Under the pieces are notes generated by a model. That model saw only the letters and a list, made by a program, of their open reading frames with translations. It was not told the origin of the DNA and did no database searches. The position numbers were made by a program, and so were the translations under genes. Shown here one piece after another: positions 21,373 through 31,393 of a stretch of DNA of 64,000 nt. Each line of letters opens with the position of its first letter. The stretch's first letter is position 1. The DNA is from an uncultured delta proteobacterium. Its GTDB lineage: Bacteria; Myxococcota_A; Polyangia; Polyangiales; B10-G4. The stretch covers positions 128,001 to 192,000 of the forward strand of contig CAVSGI010000006.1 in the NCBI GenBank assembly GCA_963727445.1, read 5' to 3'.

Positions 21373-23838
21373 ATGAATGGCGCGCCTCTCCTCGTGCTCG
21401 CTCTGGCCTTCGGCGCGATCGCGGCGCCCGCCTCGGCCCAGCTTCGCGGGCGCACCGACCACGTCCTGACGCCGGGCGTCCCCGTCTCGGCGCCCGACGA
21501 CGGCAACGCGGTCGACGTCAACGCCTCGGCCCTGGGCTTTCTCGAAGGGGCGAGCCTCGTCTACACCCACGCGGAGGCGCCCGCGAGCGCGCCCATCCCC
21601 GGAGGTGGCGACGCCGTCCGTCTCGGCCTGCCGCTGATCTGGGGTCTGGCGATCGGTGGCTCTGCGCAGTCGGTGCGACCCAACGGGGAGCTCTCGCGGG
21701 GGATGGGCAACGTCGCCCTCGCCTATGCCCACGGCAACGTCGGCGTGGGCGCGGCGCTGAGGTGGTTCGGGACGGCGGAGCCGACCCTCTCGGGCGCCGC
21801 GCTCTGGGATCTGTCGGCGACGTGGCGGCCGGTCACGGCGCTGACCGTGTCCTTCATGGCGCGGGACATCAACGGCCCGCTCGGGCTCGGGGCGCGCGGG
21901 TTGCCGGCGTCCTTCGTCCTCGCCGCGGGGATCCGTCCACTCGGCACGCGCGAGCTGCTCGTGGACCTCGCCGGTGTCGCCGACACCAACGGCCGGGTGG
22001 GCGTTCGAGGGCTGGTGTCGGTGGAGGTTCCCTACGTCGGGCGCTTCTTCGGCAGCGCCGAGGTCGACCAACTCCAAGACCAGCCGTCGTTTCGCGCGCT
22101 GGGCGGCGTCGCGGTCGATTGGAGTCACCTCGGCGCGGGCGGGGGCGTGCTGGGCGGCGACGGCTACTCCGATGGACCCGGGTGGTTCGTCACGGCGCGC
22201 GCCGAAATGTACGAGCGACGCGGCGTGCCGGTGCCCCGCCACGTCGCCGACATCGAAGTCGGCGGGATGGGCGCGCGGGGGATCGTGAGCCTGGTGCGCA
22301 AGCTCGACCTCGCGCTCCACGACGACGAGGTCGCCGGCGTCCTGCTCCGCTTCCGCGACAGCGGCATCGGGAGCGCCTACGCGCAGGAGATCCGCCTGAT
22401 GGTGGACGCGCTTTCGCGGGCGGGGAAACCGGTGATCTGCCATCTCGAAGCCGCGAACGGTGGAGAGCTCTATGCGTGCGTCGGCGCGAGCAAGACCTAC
22501 GTCGATCCCGCGGGCGGCGCGTGGCTCACGGGCACGGGCGGCTACGCGTATTACTTCGGCGATCTCGCGGATCAGCTCGGCGTCGGCGTCGACGTGGTGC
22601 GCATCGGCCAGTACAAGTCCGCGCCCGAGCTCTACGACAACGGCGGGCCGAGCGCGCCCGCCGCCGAAGAGCGCCGCGTGCTCTACGACGATGTCTTCGA
22701 TCGGCTGGTCTCGGACTTCGCGCGCGATCTGGACGTCGACGAGGCGCGTGCGCAGGCCCTCATCGATCGCGGCCCCTACGTCGCGCCGGAGCTGGTCGCG
22801 AACGGTCTCGCCGATTCGCGTCTCGGCGCGGAGGATCTCGACTCCGGCATCGACGAAGCCATGGGCAGCCACTATCGGCGCCGGGCCGAGCGCCGGGACG
22901 TCATCGATCGGCGCTGGGGCGGCGGCGCGCGCGTCGGCGTGGTGGTGGTCGACGGCGACATCGTCGCCGGCGACAACGTGGACATTCCGATCCTGGGCAT
23001 CCACATGAGCGGCGCCGAGACGGTCATCGAGGCCATCGACGCGCTCGCCGGCGATCCCCACACCGAGGTGATCGTCCTGCGCCTCGACAGCCCGGGCGGC
23101 AGCGTGATCGCCGCCGATCAGATCTGGCGCGCGGTGATGCGCGCGCGCCGGCACAAGCCCGTGATCGCTTCGATGGGCGCGATCGCGGCGAGCGCCGCCT
23201 ACGAGATCGCTTCCGCCGCCGACGAGATCTGGGCGGACCCGGCGACGATCACCGGCTCGATCGGCGTCTTCTACGTGAAGGTGGACGTGGTGGGTCTCGC
23301 CGAGAAGATCGACGTGGGCCTGCAGACCTTCGGCCGCGGTCGCCACCAGGGCTTCGATTCGCTCTTTCGTCCCTTCACGCCGGAGGAGCGCGCCCTCGCC
23401 GCGGACAAGGTGCGCATCTGGTACCGCATGTTCCTCGAGCGGGTGCACCAGTCGCGCGGCATGGACATCGAGGCGATCGACCGCATCGCGCGGGGGCGGG
23501 TGTACACGGGCGACCGCGCTCTCACGCTCGGCCTGGTCGATCGGCTGGGCGGCTTCGGCGGCGCGCTCGCCCGCGCCCGGGAGCTGGGCCACCTCGCGAT
23601 GGACGCGCCCATCGTGGTGGTGCCGCAGAGGCCGGAGACGCTCCTCGACTACGTCTTCGGCGTCGGCACCTTCTCGGCGGACGGCGGGAGCCCGGCGGCG
23701 GACGCGGGCCTCGGCGGGGAAGCGCCCGCGCTCCTCACCGCCGAGCTATCGGAGCTCGCCAGCCTGGCGCTCCTGATGTCGCGCAGCGAAGAGCTGCCGA
23801 TCTCGCGCTTGGATCAGGCGGTGATGGGCGCGCCCTGA
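21373..23838 (+). CDS. sppA: Signal peptide peptidase SppA (protease IV) with extra N-terminal beta-rich domain
   Basis: GQYKSAPE, VLRLDSPGGS, KPVIASMGAIAASAAY, TITGSIGV, IARGRVYTG...GLVDRLG. ATG at 21373 is followed by a signal peptide. Confidence 0.9.
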   Translation: MNGAPLLVLALAFGAIAAPASAQLRGRTDHVLTPGVPVSAPDDGNAVDVNASALGFLEGASLVYTHAEAPASAPIPGGGDAVRLGLPLIWGLAIGGSAQSVRPNGELSRGMGNVALAYAHGNVGVGAALRWFGTAEPTLSGAALWDLSATWRPVTALTVSFMARDINGPLGLGARGLPASFVLAAGIRPLGTRELLVDLAGVADTNGRVGVRGLVSVEVPYVGRFFGSAEVDQLQDQPSFRALGGVAVDWSHLGAGGGVLGGDGYSDGPGWFVTARAEMYERRGVPVPRHVADIEVGGMGARGIVSLVRKLDLALHDDEVAGVLLRFRDSGIGSAYAQEIRLMVDALSRAGKPVICHLEAANGGELYACVGASKTYVDPAGGAWLTGTGGYAYYFGDLADQLGVGVDVVRIGQYKSAPELYDNGGPSAPAAEERRVLYDDVFDRLVSDFARDLDVDEARAQALIDRGPYVAPELVANGLADSRLGAEDLDSGIDEAMGSHYRRRAERRDVIDRRWGGGARVGVVVVDGDIVAGDNVDIPILGIHMSGAETVIEAIDALAGDPHTEVIVLRLDSPGGSVIAADQIWRAVMRARRHKPVIASMGAIAASAAYEIASAADEIWADPATITGSIGVFYVKVDVVGLAEKIDVGLQTFGRGRHQGFDSLFRPFTPEERALAADKVRIWYRMFLERVHQSRGMDIEAIDRIARGRVYTGDRALTLGLVDRLGGFGGALARARELGHLAMDAPIVVVPQRPETLLDYVFGVGTFSADGGSPAADAGLGGEAPALLTAELSELASLALLMSRSEELPISRLDQAVMGAP

Positions 23839-24255
23839 TCAGATCGCGAAGAGCTGCGCCGCGTCCCTGAACGACTTCAGCTCGATCGCGTTGTCACTGG
23901 GGTCGAGGATGAACATCGTCGCTTGCTCGCCGGGCTCGCCCACGAAGCGGATGTGGGGCTCGATCAGGAAGCGCACCGAGGCTTCGCGCAGTCTATCGCG
24001 GAGGGCGTGCCAGTCGTCCCAGGGCAGGACGGCGCCGAAGTGGCGCGCGGGGACGGCGTCTCCGTCGACTTCGTTCGTCGTCGGCGCCTCGAAGGCGCCC
24101 GTGAGGTGGGCGCTGATCTGATGGCCATAGAAGTCGAAGTCGATCCACCGCTCCGCGCTCCGCCCTACGCGACAACCGAGCACGTCGACGTAGAAGGCGC
24201 GCGTCGCCTCGATGTCGCGCACCGGGAAAGCGAGGTGGAAGGGGACGGAGGGCAT
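23839..24255 (-). CDS. VOC/glyoxalase family protein
   Basis: [53 protein letters not shown]. Confidence 0.9.
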   Translation of the reverse strand: MPSVPFHLAFPVRDIEATRAFYVDVLGCRVGRSAERWIDFDFYGHQISAHLTGAFEAPTTNEVDGDAVPARHFGAVLPWDDWHALRDRLREASVRFLIEPHIRFVGEPGEQATMFILDPSDNAIELKSFRDAAQLFAI

Positions 24256-24260
24256 CGCTC

Positions 24261-24752
24261 TCAGGACGCCCGGCGCATCGCCCGCAGGGCCTGAGCGCGC
24301 TCGCGCTTGCGCATCGGTCCTTCGTAGAGCGCCACGAGCTGCTCGAAGGCGGCGTCGTAGCCGGGGCCGTGGGGACCGTCGAGACGGCGCCAGAGGAACT
24401 TCTCGGCCGCGCGATAGCGTCCGGCCTCGCGGAAGGACTCGGCCATCATGGTGATGGCGGTGACGTGGTCGGGGTCGACCCGGGCCGCCCTGAGGGCGAA
24501 GCTCGCCGCGAGCCGCGGGCGATCGAGCTCGTCGCGCGCGATCCGGGCGGCGTCCAGCCAGGCCCGGACGCGGGCTTCCCGGTCGTCCGCCGCCTGGCGC
24601 GCCCGCTTCTTGGCGCGCTTGATCTTGCGCCTCGCCTCGGCGATCGCCGGATCGCGAGGCGAAAGGCTCACCCGAGACTTGAACAGCAGGAACGCCACGA
24701 AGAGCACGACGGCAGCCAAGAGCCCCCATCCCGCTGGTGTCGACAGTGGCAC
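24261..24752 (-). CDS. Hypothetical membrane-anchored helical (TPR-like) protein
   Basis: N-terminal [19 protein letters not shown] followed by a basic helical domain. Start (GTG 24752) is approximate. Confidence 0.55.
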   Translation of the reverse strand: MPLSTPAGWGLLAAVVLFVAFLLFKSRVSLSPRDPAIAEARRKIKRAKKRARQAADDREARVRAWLDAARIARDELDRPRLAASFALRAARVDPDHVTAITMMAESFREAGRYRAAEKFLWRRLDGPHGPGYDAAFEQLVALYEGPMRKRERAQALRAMRRAS

Positions 24753-24858
24753 AGTGGCGAGAACGTATGGCCAGACACCACATGGGTCAATCGCTTCGCG
24801 ACAAGAGTCGCGGCGCATCCCTTCGCCTCGGCGCGAACCTCGGGTAGATTTCCGCCCG

Positions 24859-25377
24859 ATGCGCCACGCCCTCGTCCTCTTCACGACCTTCTCGATGGCT
24901 CTCTGCGCGGCCGCCTGTGGCGACGACGACAGCGGTGCGCCAGCCGTGACCACCGCGGCCCCCCAGACGACCCAGCCCACGACCCCTGCCATCCCGCCGC
25001 CCGACCCGAACGATCCCATCGCCCAGCAGATGGCGCTCCGTCAGGGGCAGTTCGCGCAGGGCACCGAGCCCTCCACCCCGATCTTCCGGGGCACGCTACA
25101 GACCGGCCAGCATCAGGACTACCAAGCGGTCCTGCAGAGCGATCGCTGCTTCAAGATCATCGGCGTCGGCGGCCCAGGCGTCGTGGACCTCGATCTCTTC
25201 CTCTACGATCCACAGGGCACCCAGATGCAGGAAGACACCGCCACCGACGCCTACCCGGTCCTCGGCCTCAACCACGAGATCTGCCCCGAGCTCGCGGGCA
25301 GCTACCGGGTGCGCGTGCGCATGTTCGAAGGCGCCGGCGAGTTCGGCGTCCAGGTCTTCCACGCATCGGCCTTCTAG
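24859..25377 (+). CDS. Lipoprotein with PPC-like beta-sandwich domain
   Basis: Lipobox CAAACGDDD; Pro/Thr linker; CFKIIGVGGPGVVDLDLFLYDPQG...GSYRVRVRM. Confidence 0.75.
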   Translation: MRHALVLFTTFSMALCAAACGDDDSGAPAVTTAAPQTTQPTTPAIPPPDPNDPIAQQMALRQGQFAQGTEPSTPIFRGTLQTGQHQDYQAVLQSDRCFKIIGVGGPGVVDLDLFLYDPQGTQMQEDTATDAYPVLGLNHEICPELAGSYRVRVRMFEGAGEFGVQVFHASAF

Positions 25378-25542
25378 GGGGTGTCCCTAGTTTTGCTCCC
25401 GTCGAATCCCGAGCATCTCGCGGCCTCCGGGCCGTCCCGCGGCTCCTCAACGATACTCGGCATCGCCTCGTCGGCCGCTGAACACCCCGAAGACCACAAT
25501 CTACCCGAGCTTCTCGGTCCGAAAACTAGGGACACCCCCTAG
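25374..25542. mobile_element. 169 bp non-coding MITE/REP-like element with perfect 21 bp terminal inverted repeats
   Basis: ctagggggtgtccctagtttt (25374-25394) and aaaactagggacaccccctag (25522-25542) are exact reverse complements. Confidence 0.75.
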
Positions 25543-25551
25543 CCCACTGGG

Positions 25552-27408
25552 TCAGTCCTTGAGGATGTCGTCGAGGTAGTCGGGGGCGGTGTGGCAGAGG
25601 TGCGTCTCGGCGAAGCCCGGCTGGGCGGTGCGCTCGCCGATGGGGCGGTTGCCGCCGCTGTCCATCAGGCAGCCTTCTTCGTCGAAGGCGTTGTGGAAGA
25701 CGGTGGGCGGGCCGAAGGGCTCGGCGAGGCCGAGGCTGTGGCCGAGCTCGTGGGCGGTGGTCTCGCCGACCATGCTCGCCAGCGCTTCGAGCGCGCGGTG
25801 CACTTCGTTGACCCGATCGCCCGGTCCGTCACCCGCGATCTCGGCGAGCGTGGCCGGGTTGCCGGTGCGGACGGGATCGAAGATCTCGTCGAAGAGCGGA
25901 TCCGGATCGGGGCGGCTGGGGGGCGCGTCTCCCGGGAGATCGGGGTGTGACGAGAAGTAGAGCATCGACTCGATGAAGACGCCGCCGAAGCCCCGGTAGC
26001 CCATGTCCTGGGTCTCCCAGTTGTCGCCGCCGATCTTGTCGTAGAGCCGGACGTTGCCCACGTCCTTGCCGGGGGTGTTGTCGAAGCCGAAGAGGCCGGT
26101 GCCGTTCGGGTCGGGGCCGCCGACCTCCACCGTGGCGTAGCCGTTCTGAGAGAAGTCGGTCGGCTCCTCGAGGCGAACGTCGACGTTCCATCCGTCGTAG
26201 ATCGATTCCATGCGCGCTTCGACGAGCGACTCGATCTGCCCCGCGCTGGCCTCGAGCCCGAAGTACGGAAGGCTCGCATAGAAGCCCGGCAGGAAGCGGA
26301 CGAAGACGACCTGCGTCACCTGCGCCAGGGTGAAGGTGAAGGGCACCGGCGAGCCCTGCTGCTCCTCCGCTCCCTTGATCACCACCGGCGTCGCCATGCC
26401 GGTGAAGACGCCGCGCCGCGCGCGGAACAGCTTGGAGATGAGGTTGTTGCTCCGAATGTCGTACTCGATCACCGCCTGCATCTCTGTGCCGCTGCGCCAG
26501 GTCAGGACCAGCTCGTCGTCGAAAGGGGCGGGCGCTCCGTCGTCGGGATCGAACTCGCCGCTGAGGCGGATCAGCGTCTGCTCGTCGGGCTCGTCGGGGC
26601 CCCCGAGGAAGCCCGCGCCGCGGACGGCGACGATCTGCTCGATGGAGGCGACCGCCGGGTCGATGGCGAAGAGGTCCGGTGGTCCGAAGACCAGCTGGAT
26701 GGTCTGGCCGCTCGAGGATGTGCGCCCGCCGGAGGTGAGCTCCGACTCGAGGGTGATCGTTCCGTCGAAGGTGCCCGGGTGGACGCTGCCGAGGGCGGTG
26801 GTCAGGCGCACCAGGCCGCGGTCGCGTGCGAAGCGCTCGGCGGGCAGCACGGGGAGGCCGACCGACACGCTGCGGGTGGGGCCGCCGCCGTCTTCGACGA
26901 AGGTGCCCTCGAAGCGGGCGGTGATGGTGCCCTCGGTCGCGGAGATGAAGCCGTCGCCGCTCACGAGCGCCTCGTCGTTGTAGTTGACGAAGCCGTCGGT
27001 GAGGCCGTCGAGGCGCACGGGGAGATCGAAAGCGACCTCGAGGAAGAAGGGGAAGGGGTCGGAGGAGCCGTTGTCGCCTCGGAGCACGACGGTGACGTCG
27101 GCGGGGCCCGGCCCGAGCGCGTTCACAAGGTTCGGCGTGACGCGGAAGAAGAGCTCTCCCACCTCGCCGGTCTCCTCGAGCGGCAGGTCGTCGCCCCCCG
27201 CGTCACCGTCGACGGCGAGGGTGGGCTCGGGCCCGAGCCCGTCGAAGTGTAGGCCGGTCACGCGGAGGAGGGAGCCTTCGAGCACCGGCGTGGACGCCTG
27301 CATGTCCACGATCTGCGGGGGGTCCACGTAGCTCGGCGGCGGGGGCGTGCCAGGACACCCCGCGAGGAGCAGGGCGGCGAAGAGAGCGGAAGCGAGTGAA
27401 CGACCCAT
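25552..27408 (-). CDS. Lipoprotein with Ig-like domains and C-terminal zinc metallopeptidase (HExxH) domain
   Basis: Lipobox LLLAGC; TTAHELGHSLGL and downstream CLMDSG (Met-turn-like). TGATG overlap with the upstream gene. Confidence 0.7.
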   Translation of the reverse strand: MGRSLASALFAALLLAGCPGTPPPPSYVDPPQIVDMQASTPVLEGSLLRVTGLHFDGLGPEPTLAVDGDAGGDDLPLEETGEVGELFFRVTPNLVNALGPGPADVTVVLRGDNGSSDPFPFFLEVAFDLPVRLDGLTDGFVNYNDEALVSGDGFISATEGTITARFEGTFVEDGGGPTRSVSVGLPVLPAERFARDRGLVRLTTALGSVHPGTFDGTITLESELTSGGRTSSSGQTIQLVFGPPDLFAIDPAVASIEQIVAVRGAGFLGGPDEPDEQTLIRLSGEFDPDDGAPAPFDDELVLTWRSGTEMQAVIEYDIRSNNLISKLFRARRGVFTGMATPVVIKGAEEQQGSPVPFTFTLAQVTQVVFVRFLPGFYASLPYFGLEASAGQIESLVEARMESIYDGWNVDVRLEEPTDFSQNGYATVEVGGPDPNGTGLFGFDNTPGKDVGNVRLYDKIGGDNWETQDMGYRGFGGVFIESMLYFSSHPDLPGDAPPSRPDPDPLFDEIFDPVRTGNPATLAEIAGDGPGDRVNEVHRALEALASMVGETTAHELGHSLGLAEPFGPPTVFHNAFDEEGCLMDSGGNRPIGERTAQPGFAETHLCHTAPDYLDDILKD

Positions 27409-29897
27409 CACCCGGGAATGCAGACGAACTGCAGGAAGCTGTCGACGTCGGTCTTCACCCCGCAGCGGTAGCCTTCGGAGAGGCGGCAGATCTCGTCCGC
27501 GCTCCAGCAGTCGACCGCACACACGTTGTCGCCGCCCTCGTTCACGCAATAGGTGCCTGTCTCGCAGTCCGCGTCGCGGGTGCAGCCGGCCCGTGCGCAA
27601 TAACCGCCGGGCCAGTCGAGGCACGCCCGCTGCCCACCGCAATCGCCGAAATCGCTGCAGGCTTCGCCGTTCTGTCCGCTGCCCCGCGCGCCACAGTAGC
27701 GGCCCTCGGCGAACCACTTGCACGCCTCGGTGGACTTGCACTCGCTGTTGACGCGGCACTCTTCGCCGCAGTGGCTCACCGCGGCCGACGGCCCGGGCGC
27801 CGGGCAGATGTGGCCCGTGGGACAGTCGGTGTCGAAGGTGCACGCATCGGAGCGGCAGCTGCCGCTCTCGCATACCTCGCCGCTCGAGCACTCGCTCGAG
27901 CGTACGCAGCCGCTGAAGCTGGTGAAGCGGACCTCGCCGAGATAGTCGCCGAAGCCGGTGCCGAAGCCGTAGGTGCGGATCGTGTAGGTGCCCGTCTCGA
28001 AGAGATCCATCTCGATGGTCTCGATGTCGGTGGTGCCGCGGCTCGAGCCGACGAGGGTGCCGGTCGGTCCGTAGAGCTCGAGGTCGAGGTCGCCCATGCT
28101 GTCGTCGAAGGTCATGGTGATGGAGATGCCGGTGGGGCTCGAGACGCTGAAGCTCACGTAGTCGTCGTCGCCCGGACAGATGGTGCCGTCGAAGCTGTTG
28201 TCCGTCGGCAACGAACGCGCGGTGCTCCGCGTGTCGTCGGGCTCTCCGGCGTCGTCGGTGCAGCAGGAGCCGGCCGCGCGGCTCACCCGCATCGAGTAGT
28301 GGTTCTCGCTCCCCAGATAACCGTAGACGCGCGCGTACACCTCGCCCGCGGTGGGCAGGCAGTAGCTGACGCTCTCGCTGTTGGTCACGCCCGCGCTCGA
28401 GCGCAGGATGGTGCCCGAGGAGCTCCGGAGCTGCAGGTCGAGGTCGCCTTCGGAGCTGACGAAGCCGTCGACGGTGACGGTGATGTCGGTGCCGGTGGAG
28501 CCGGTGATGCGGTAGTAGTCGTCGTCGCTCGAGCAGATCTGAGCGCTGAAGCTGTCGGGAGCGGTGGCTGCGGCGGATGCCGAGTCGTTCTCCTCGTACA
28601 TGTCGTCGGTGCAGCTGCCGCTCGGGCCGGGCCCGCCGCAGAGATCGCTCACCGGGCCGCAGCCCTGGGCGATGCCGCCGCCGGTGGTGGTGCGGCTGCC
28701 GCAGGCGCCCTCGACGCAGCTCGCGCCGCCAGCGCAGCTCGGGATGCACCGGGCGCCGCTCGCGCTCGATGCGCAGATGCCGGAGTCGCAGTCGGCGTTG
28801 GTGGTGCAGTGATCACAGGTCGCGAGCCCGCCGCTGCTCATGCCGCCGAGGGCGACGAAGCTGAACAGCGCGCTGTCGACGCGATGGTCGCAGAGGGTGC
28901 CCGAGGGGTCGTCGTTGTCGGTGGCGCTGACCAGGAAGAAGACCTGCTGCTCCTCACCTTCGTCGAGGCCGAGGTTGGGCACGCGCGCCAGGAAGCGGCC
29001 GCCCTCGTCGCTGAAGCTCACCTGCTCGAACTCGGTGATGTCGGGCTTTTCGGGGTCGTCGGGGGCGCTGGTCGAGTAGTAGAGGAGCGGCGGATCGCGC
29101 AGGCCCATGTCGTCGCTCACGTTGGCCTCGACGGCGTAGCCGCCGCGGTTTTCGACGCGCGCGCCTTCGCTCGGCGACAAGACGCTGATGGTGGGCTCGG
29201 CCCCGGGACAGTCGTCCTTGCTGCCGCTCCTCAGCACGATGACGAAGTTGTGGAGCGTGGGCTCGTGGTCGCCGTCGTCGGCCTCGAGCGCGATCGTCCA
29301 GCGCTCGTTGGCCGCCGCCTGGTCGGGCTCGGGGATCCACTGGAACTCGGCCTGCTTGGGGCCGGTGGAGTCGAGGCGCGCGCCGTCGGGGAGGCTGCCG
29401 CGGACGCTGATCATCACGTCGCTCGAGTCGTCGTCGCGAACCTCGACGTCGAAGCTGACCGTGTTCTCGCGCTCGAGGTCGAAGGTGCGTCCAGCGCCGG
29501 GGCGGAGAAAGACGGGGGCCGCGTCGGAGGCGGCGGTCACCGTGACCACCAGGTTGCGCGAGTCGACGACGCTGCTCCCGGCGAGGAGCTGGATTTCGAT
29601 CTCGTGGGTGCCCACGTGACTCGCGAGCGGCGAGTAGCGGAAGAAGCCGCTGCCGCCGGTGCCACCGATCGTCGCCGCGGCTTCGAAGCCGGGCAGGTCG
29701 GGCGCGACGAAGCCCCAGGTGTTGGAGGAGCTCGCGCCCGAGGCGGTCAGGGGCACGGTGAGGGTGTCGAAGACGGCGACTTCCTGCGGGGCGATGGGGT
29801 CGATGGACCCGCCGCCTCCACAGGCAAGGCCAGAAGCCACCAGGATGGGGATGATCGCGACACTTAGGGCGTGGGGGAGTCGGAAAAGCTGAGTCAT
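27408..29897 (-). CDS. Lipoprotein with cadherin/Ig-like domains, two PPC domains and Cys-rich repeats
   Basis: Lipobox SGLAC; two E.(N/D)D...ICxxDDDY..GDLDL.L PPC-type units; Cys-rich C-terminus (WPGGYC). Confidence 0.75.
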   Translation of the reverse strand: MTQLFRLPHALSVAIIPILVASGLACGGGGSIDPIAPQEVAVFDTLTVPLTASGASSSNTWGFVAPDLPGFEAAATIGGTGGSGFFRYSPLASHVGTHEIEIQLLAGSSVVDSRNLVVTVTAASDAAPVFLRPGAGRTFDLERENTVSFDVEVRDDDSSDVMISVRGSLPDGARLDSTGPKQAEFQWIPEPDQAAANERWTIALEADDGDHEPTLHNFVIVLRSGSKDDCPGAEPTISVLSPSEGARVENRGGYAVEANVSDDMGLRDPPLLYYSTSAPDDPEKPDITEFEQVSFSDEGGRFLARVPNLGLDEGEEQQVFFLVSATDNDDPSGTLCDHRVDSALFSFVALGGMSSGGLATCDHCTTNADCDSGICASSASGARCIPSCAGGASCVEGACGSRTTTGGGIAQGCGPVSDLCGGPGPSGSCTDDMYEENDSASAAATAPDSFSAQICSSDDDYYRITGSTGTDITVTVDGFVSSEGDLDLQLRSSSGTILRSSAGVTNSESVSYCLPTAGEVYARVYGYLGSENHYSMRVSRAAGSCCTDDAGEPDDTRSTARSLPTDNSFDGTICPGDDDYVSFSVSSPTGISITMTFDDSMGDLDLELYGPTGTLVGSSRGTTDIETIEMDLFETGTYTIRTYGFGTGFGDYLGEVRFTSFSGCVRSSECSSGEVCESGSCRSDACTFDTDCPTGHICPAPGPSAAVSHCGEECRVNSECKSTEACKWFAEGRYCGARGSGQNGEACSDFGDCGGQRACLDWPGGYCARAGCTRDADCETGTYCVNEGGDNVCAVDCWSADEICRLSEGYRCGVKTDVDSFLQFVCIPG

Positions 29898-29978
29898 GAC
29901 AGGCGACGAGATCCTATCACTCGGGCGAAGGTGGAGCGACGTCCGAGCGGATGGCCGTAAATGCATGGGTCATGCCCG

Positions 29979-31314
29979 CTACTGCACCATCGGGTTCGAG
30001 TGCTCGACGGCCATTCGTACGGAGTGACGCTCCACGCCCGAGGAGAGCTCGGGGGGCAGGGGGGCGAAGGGCGCGGCTTCGACGATCGCCGTGAGCGCCG
30101 CCTGATCGAAGTCGGCGAAGCCGCTCGAGCGTACGAGGCGCGGCTGGCCCGCGAGGTGCCCGTCGGGCGCCACGTCGAGGCGGTAGATCGTCACGCCCTG
30201 ATCCATCGCGATCATCCGGGCCCGCGGGAAGGTGAGCCGCTCCTGGACCCGGCGTTTCAGCGAGAGGTACCAGCGATGGTAGCGCCGGTCCGAGGTGTCG
30301 AGGGAGGTGTGACGCCCGTGTCCCGTCCCATGCGGGCGCGCGAGCCCGCCGGGCCCCTCGCCGCTGCCCACGCCGGGCGCGCCGCCGCCGCCGACCCCGC
30401 CACGTCCCTCGCCGTCGTGCGGACCGCTTCGGCGCGACGACTCCACCCAGGACTCCACCATCTGCGCCGCCAGGAGCTCGGCGTCCTGGTCGTCGCGCAC
30501 GCGCGGGTCTCGGAGCGCCGCGTTCGTGGCCGCAGGCCCCTGATCGACCGGCGGCCGACCGTGCGCGACGCGCGCGGCCTCGCTCGCGCGCTCGCCCCGC
30601 CCGTGCGCGATGCCGACGCCCGGCGACGCCTCTGCCGCGCCCGCGCGTTCGGCGCGCTCGCCGGCTTCACCCGGATGCTGCGCGGCGGATGCACCCGCGT
30701 GACCCGCGCGATCGGGCGCGCTCCCGATCGCGGCCACGCTCCCCGCGCGCGACGAGCGAACGTCCGAGGCGGCGCCGGCGGTGGTCGACGCCGGCGCGAT
30801 GCGTGCGCCCTCCCGGGCATCCCGAGCGGAGAGGGGACGACGCTCTGGATGAACGCCTTCACCCGACGCGAGCCAGGGATTGTCGTTCGGGTTCGGCGTC
30901 GCGCGCCGGTCCTCGCGCGTGGCGCGACTCGACGCAGTGCGGATGCGCTGGCTCTGCGCGCCGTCGTTGCTGTTGAGCGCGCTGTCCTGCAGCGTGATCA
31001 GGTCGTCGTGGGGGAGCAGCAGGATCACGGCCCGAGGACCGCGCCCGTCGCCGCGCTCTCCCCGACGTCGGGTGTCGACGTTCTGGGCCGAGTCTGCGCC
31101 GCCAGGGACCAGGGGCTGTGCCTGGTGATTGTCACGACCGCTCGTGGTCGGGGCGCTCTGAGCGATTCTCGTCGTCGGCCCCCACGATGTCGAGCTCGAT
31201 CGCGAGCTCTTCGGGCGCCGCTGCCGGCAGCCGCAAGAGCACAAGCACGAAGGTCAGATGCAGCCCCACCGAGGAAAGGGCCGCGACCAGTGCCGCTCGC
31301 GCCTCCGAACTCAC
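29979..31314 (-). CDS. TonB family protein (energy transducer, TonB C-terminal domain); frameshift near 31135-31190
   Basis: N-terminal anchor SVGLHL in ORF 31132-31314; C-terminal FPRAR...LDVAPDG...RSSGFADFDQAALTAIVEAAPFAPLP in ORF 29979-31244. Confidence 0.75.
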
Positions 31315-31393
31315 GATGCATAGAGCTTAACCCGCCGCAGGCGACCTGCACGGGGGAAGGGCGGGGCGCGCCATCGGGTCGTGGCGTTTTGCC

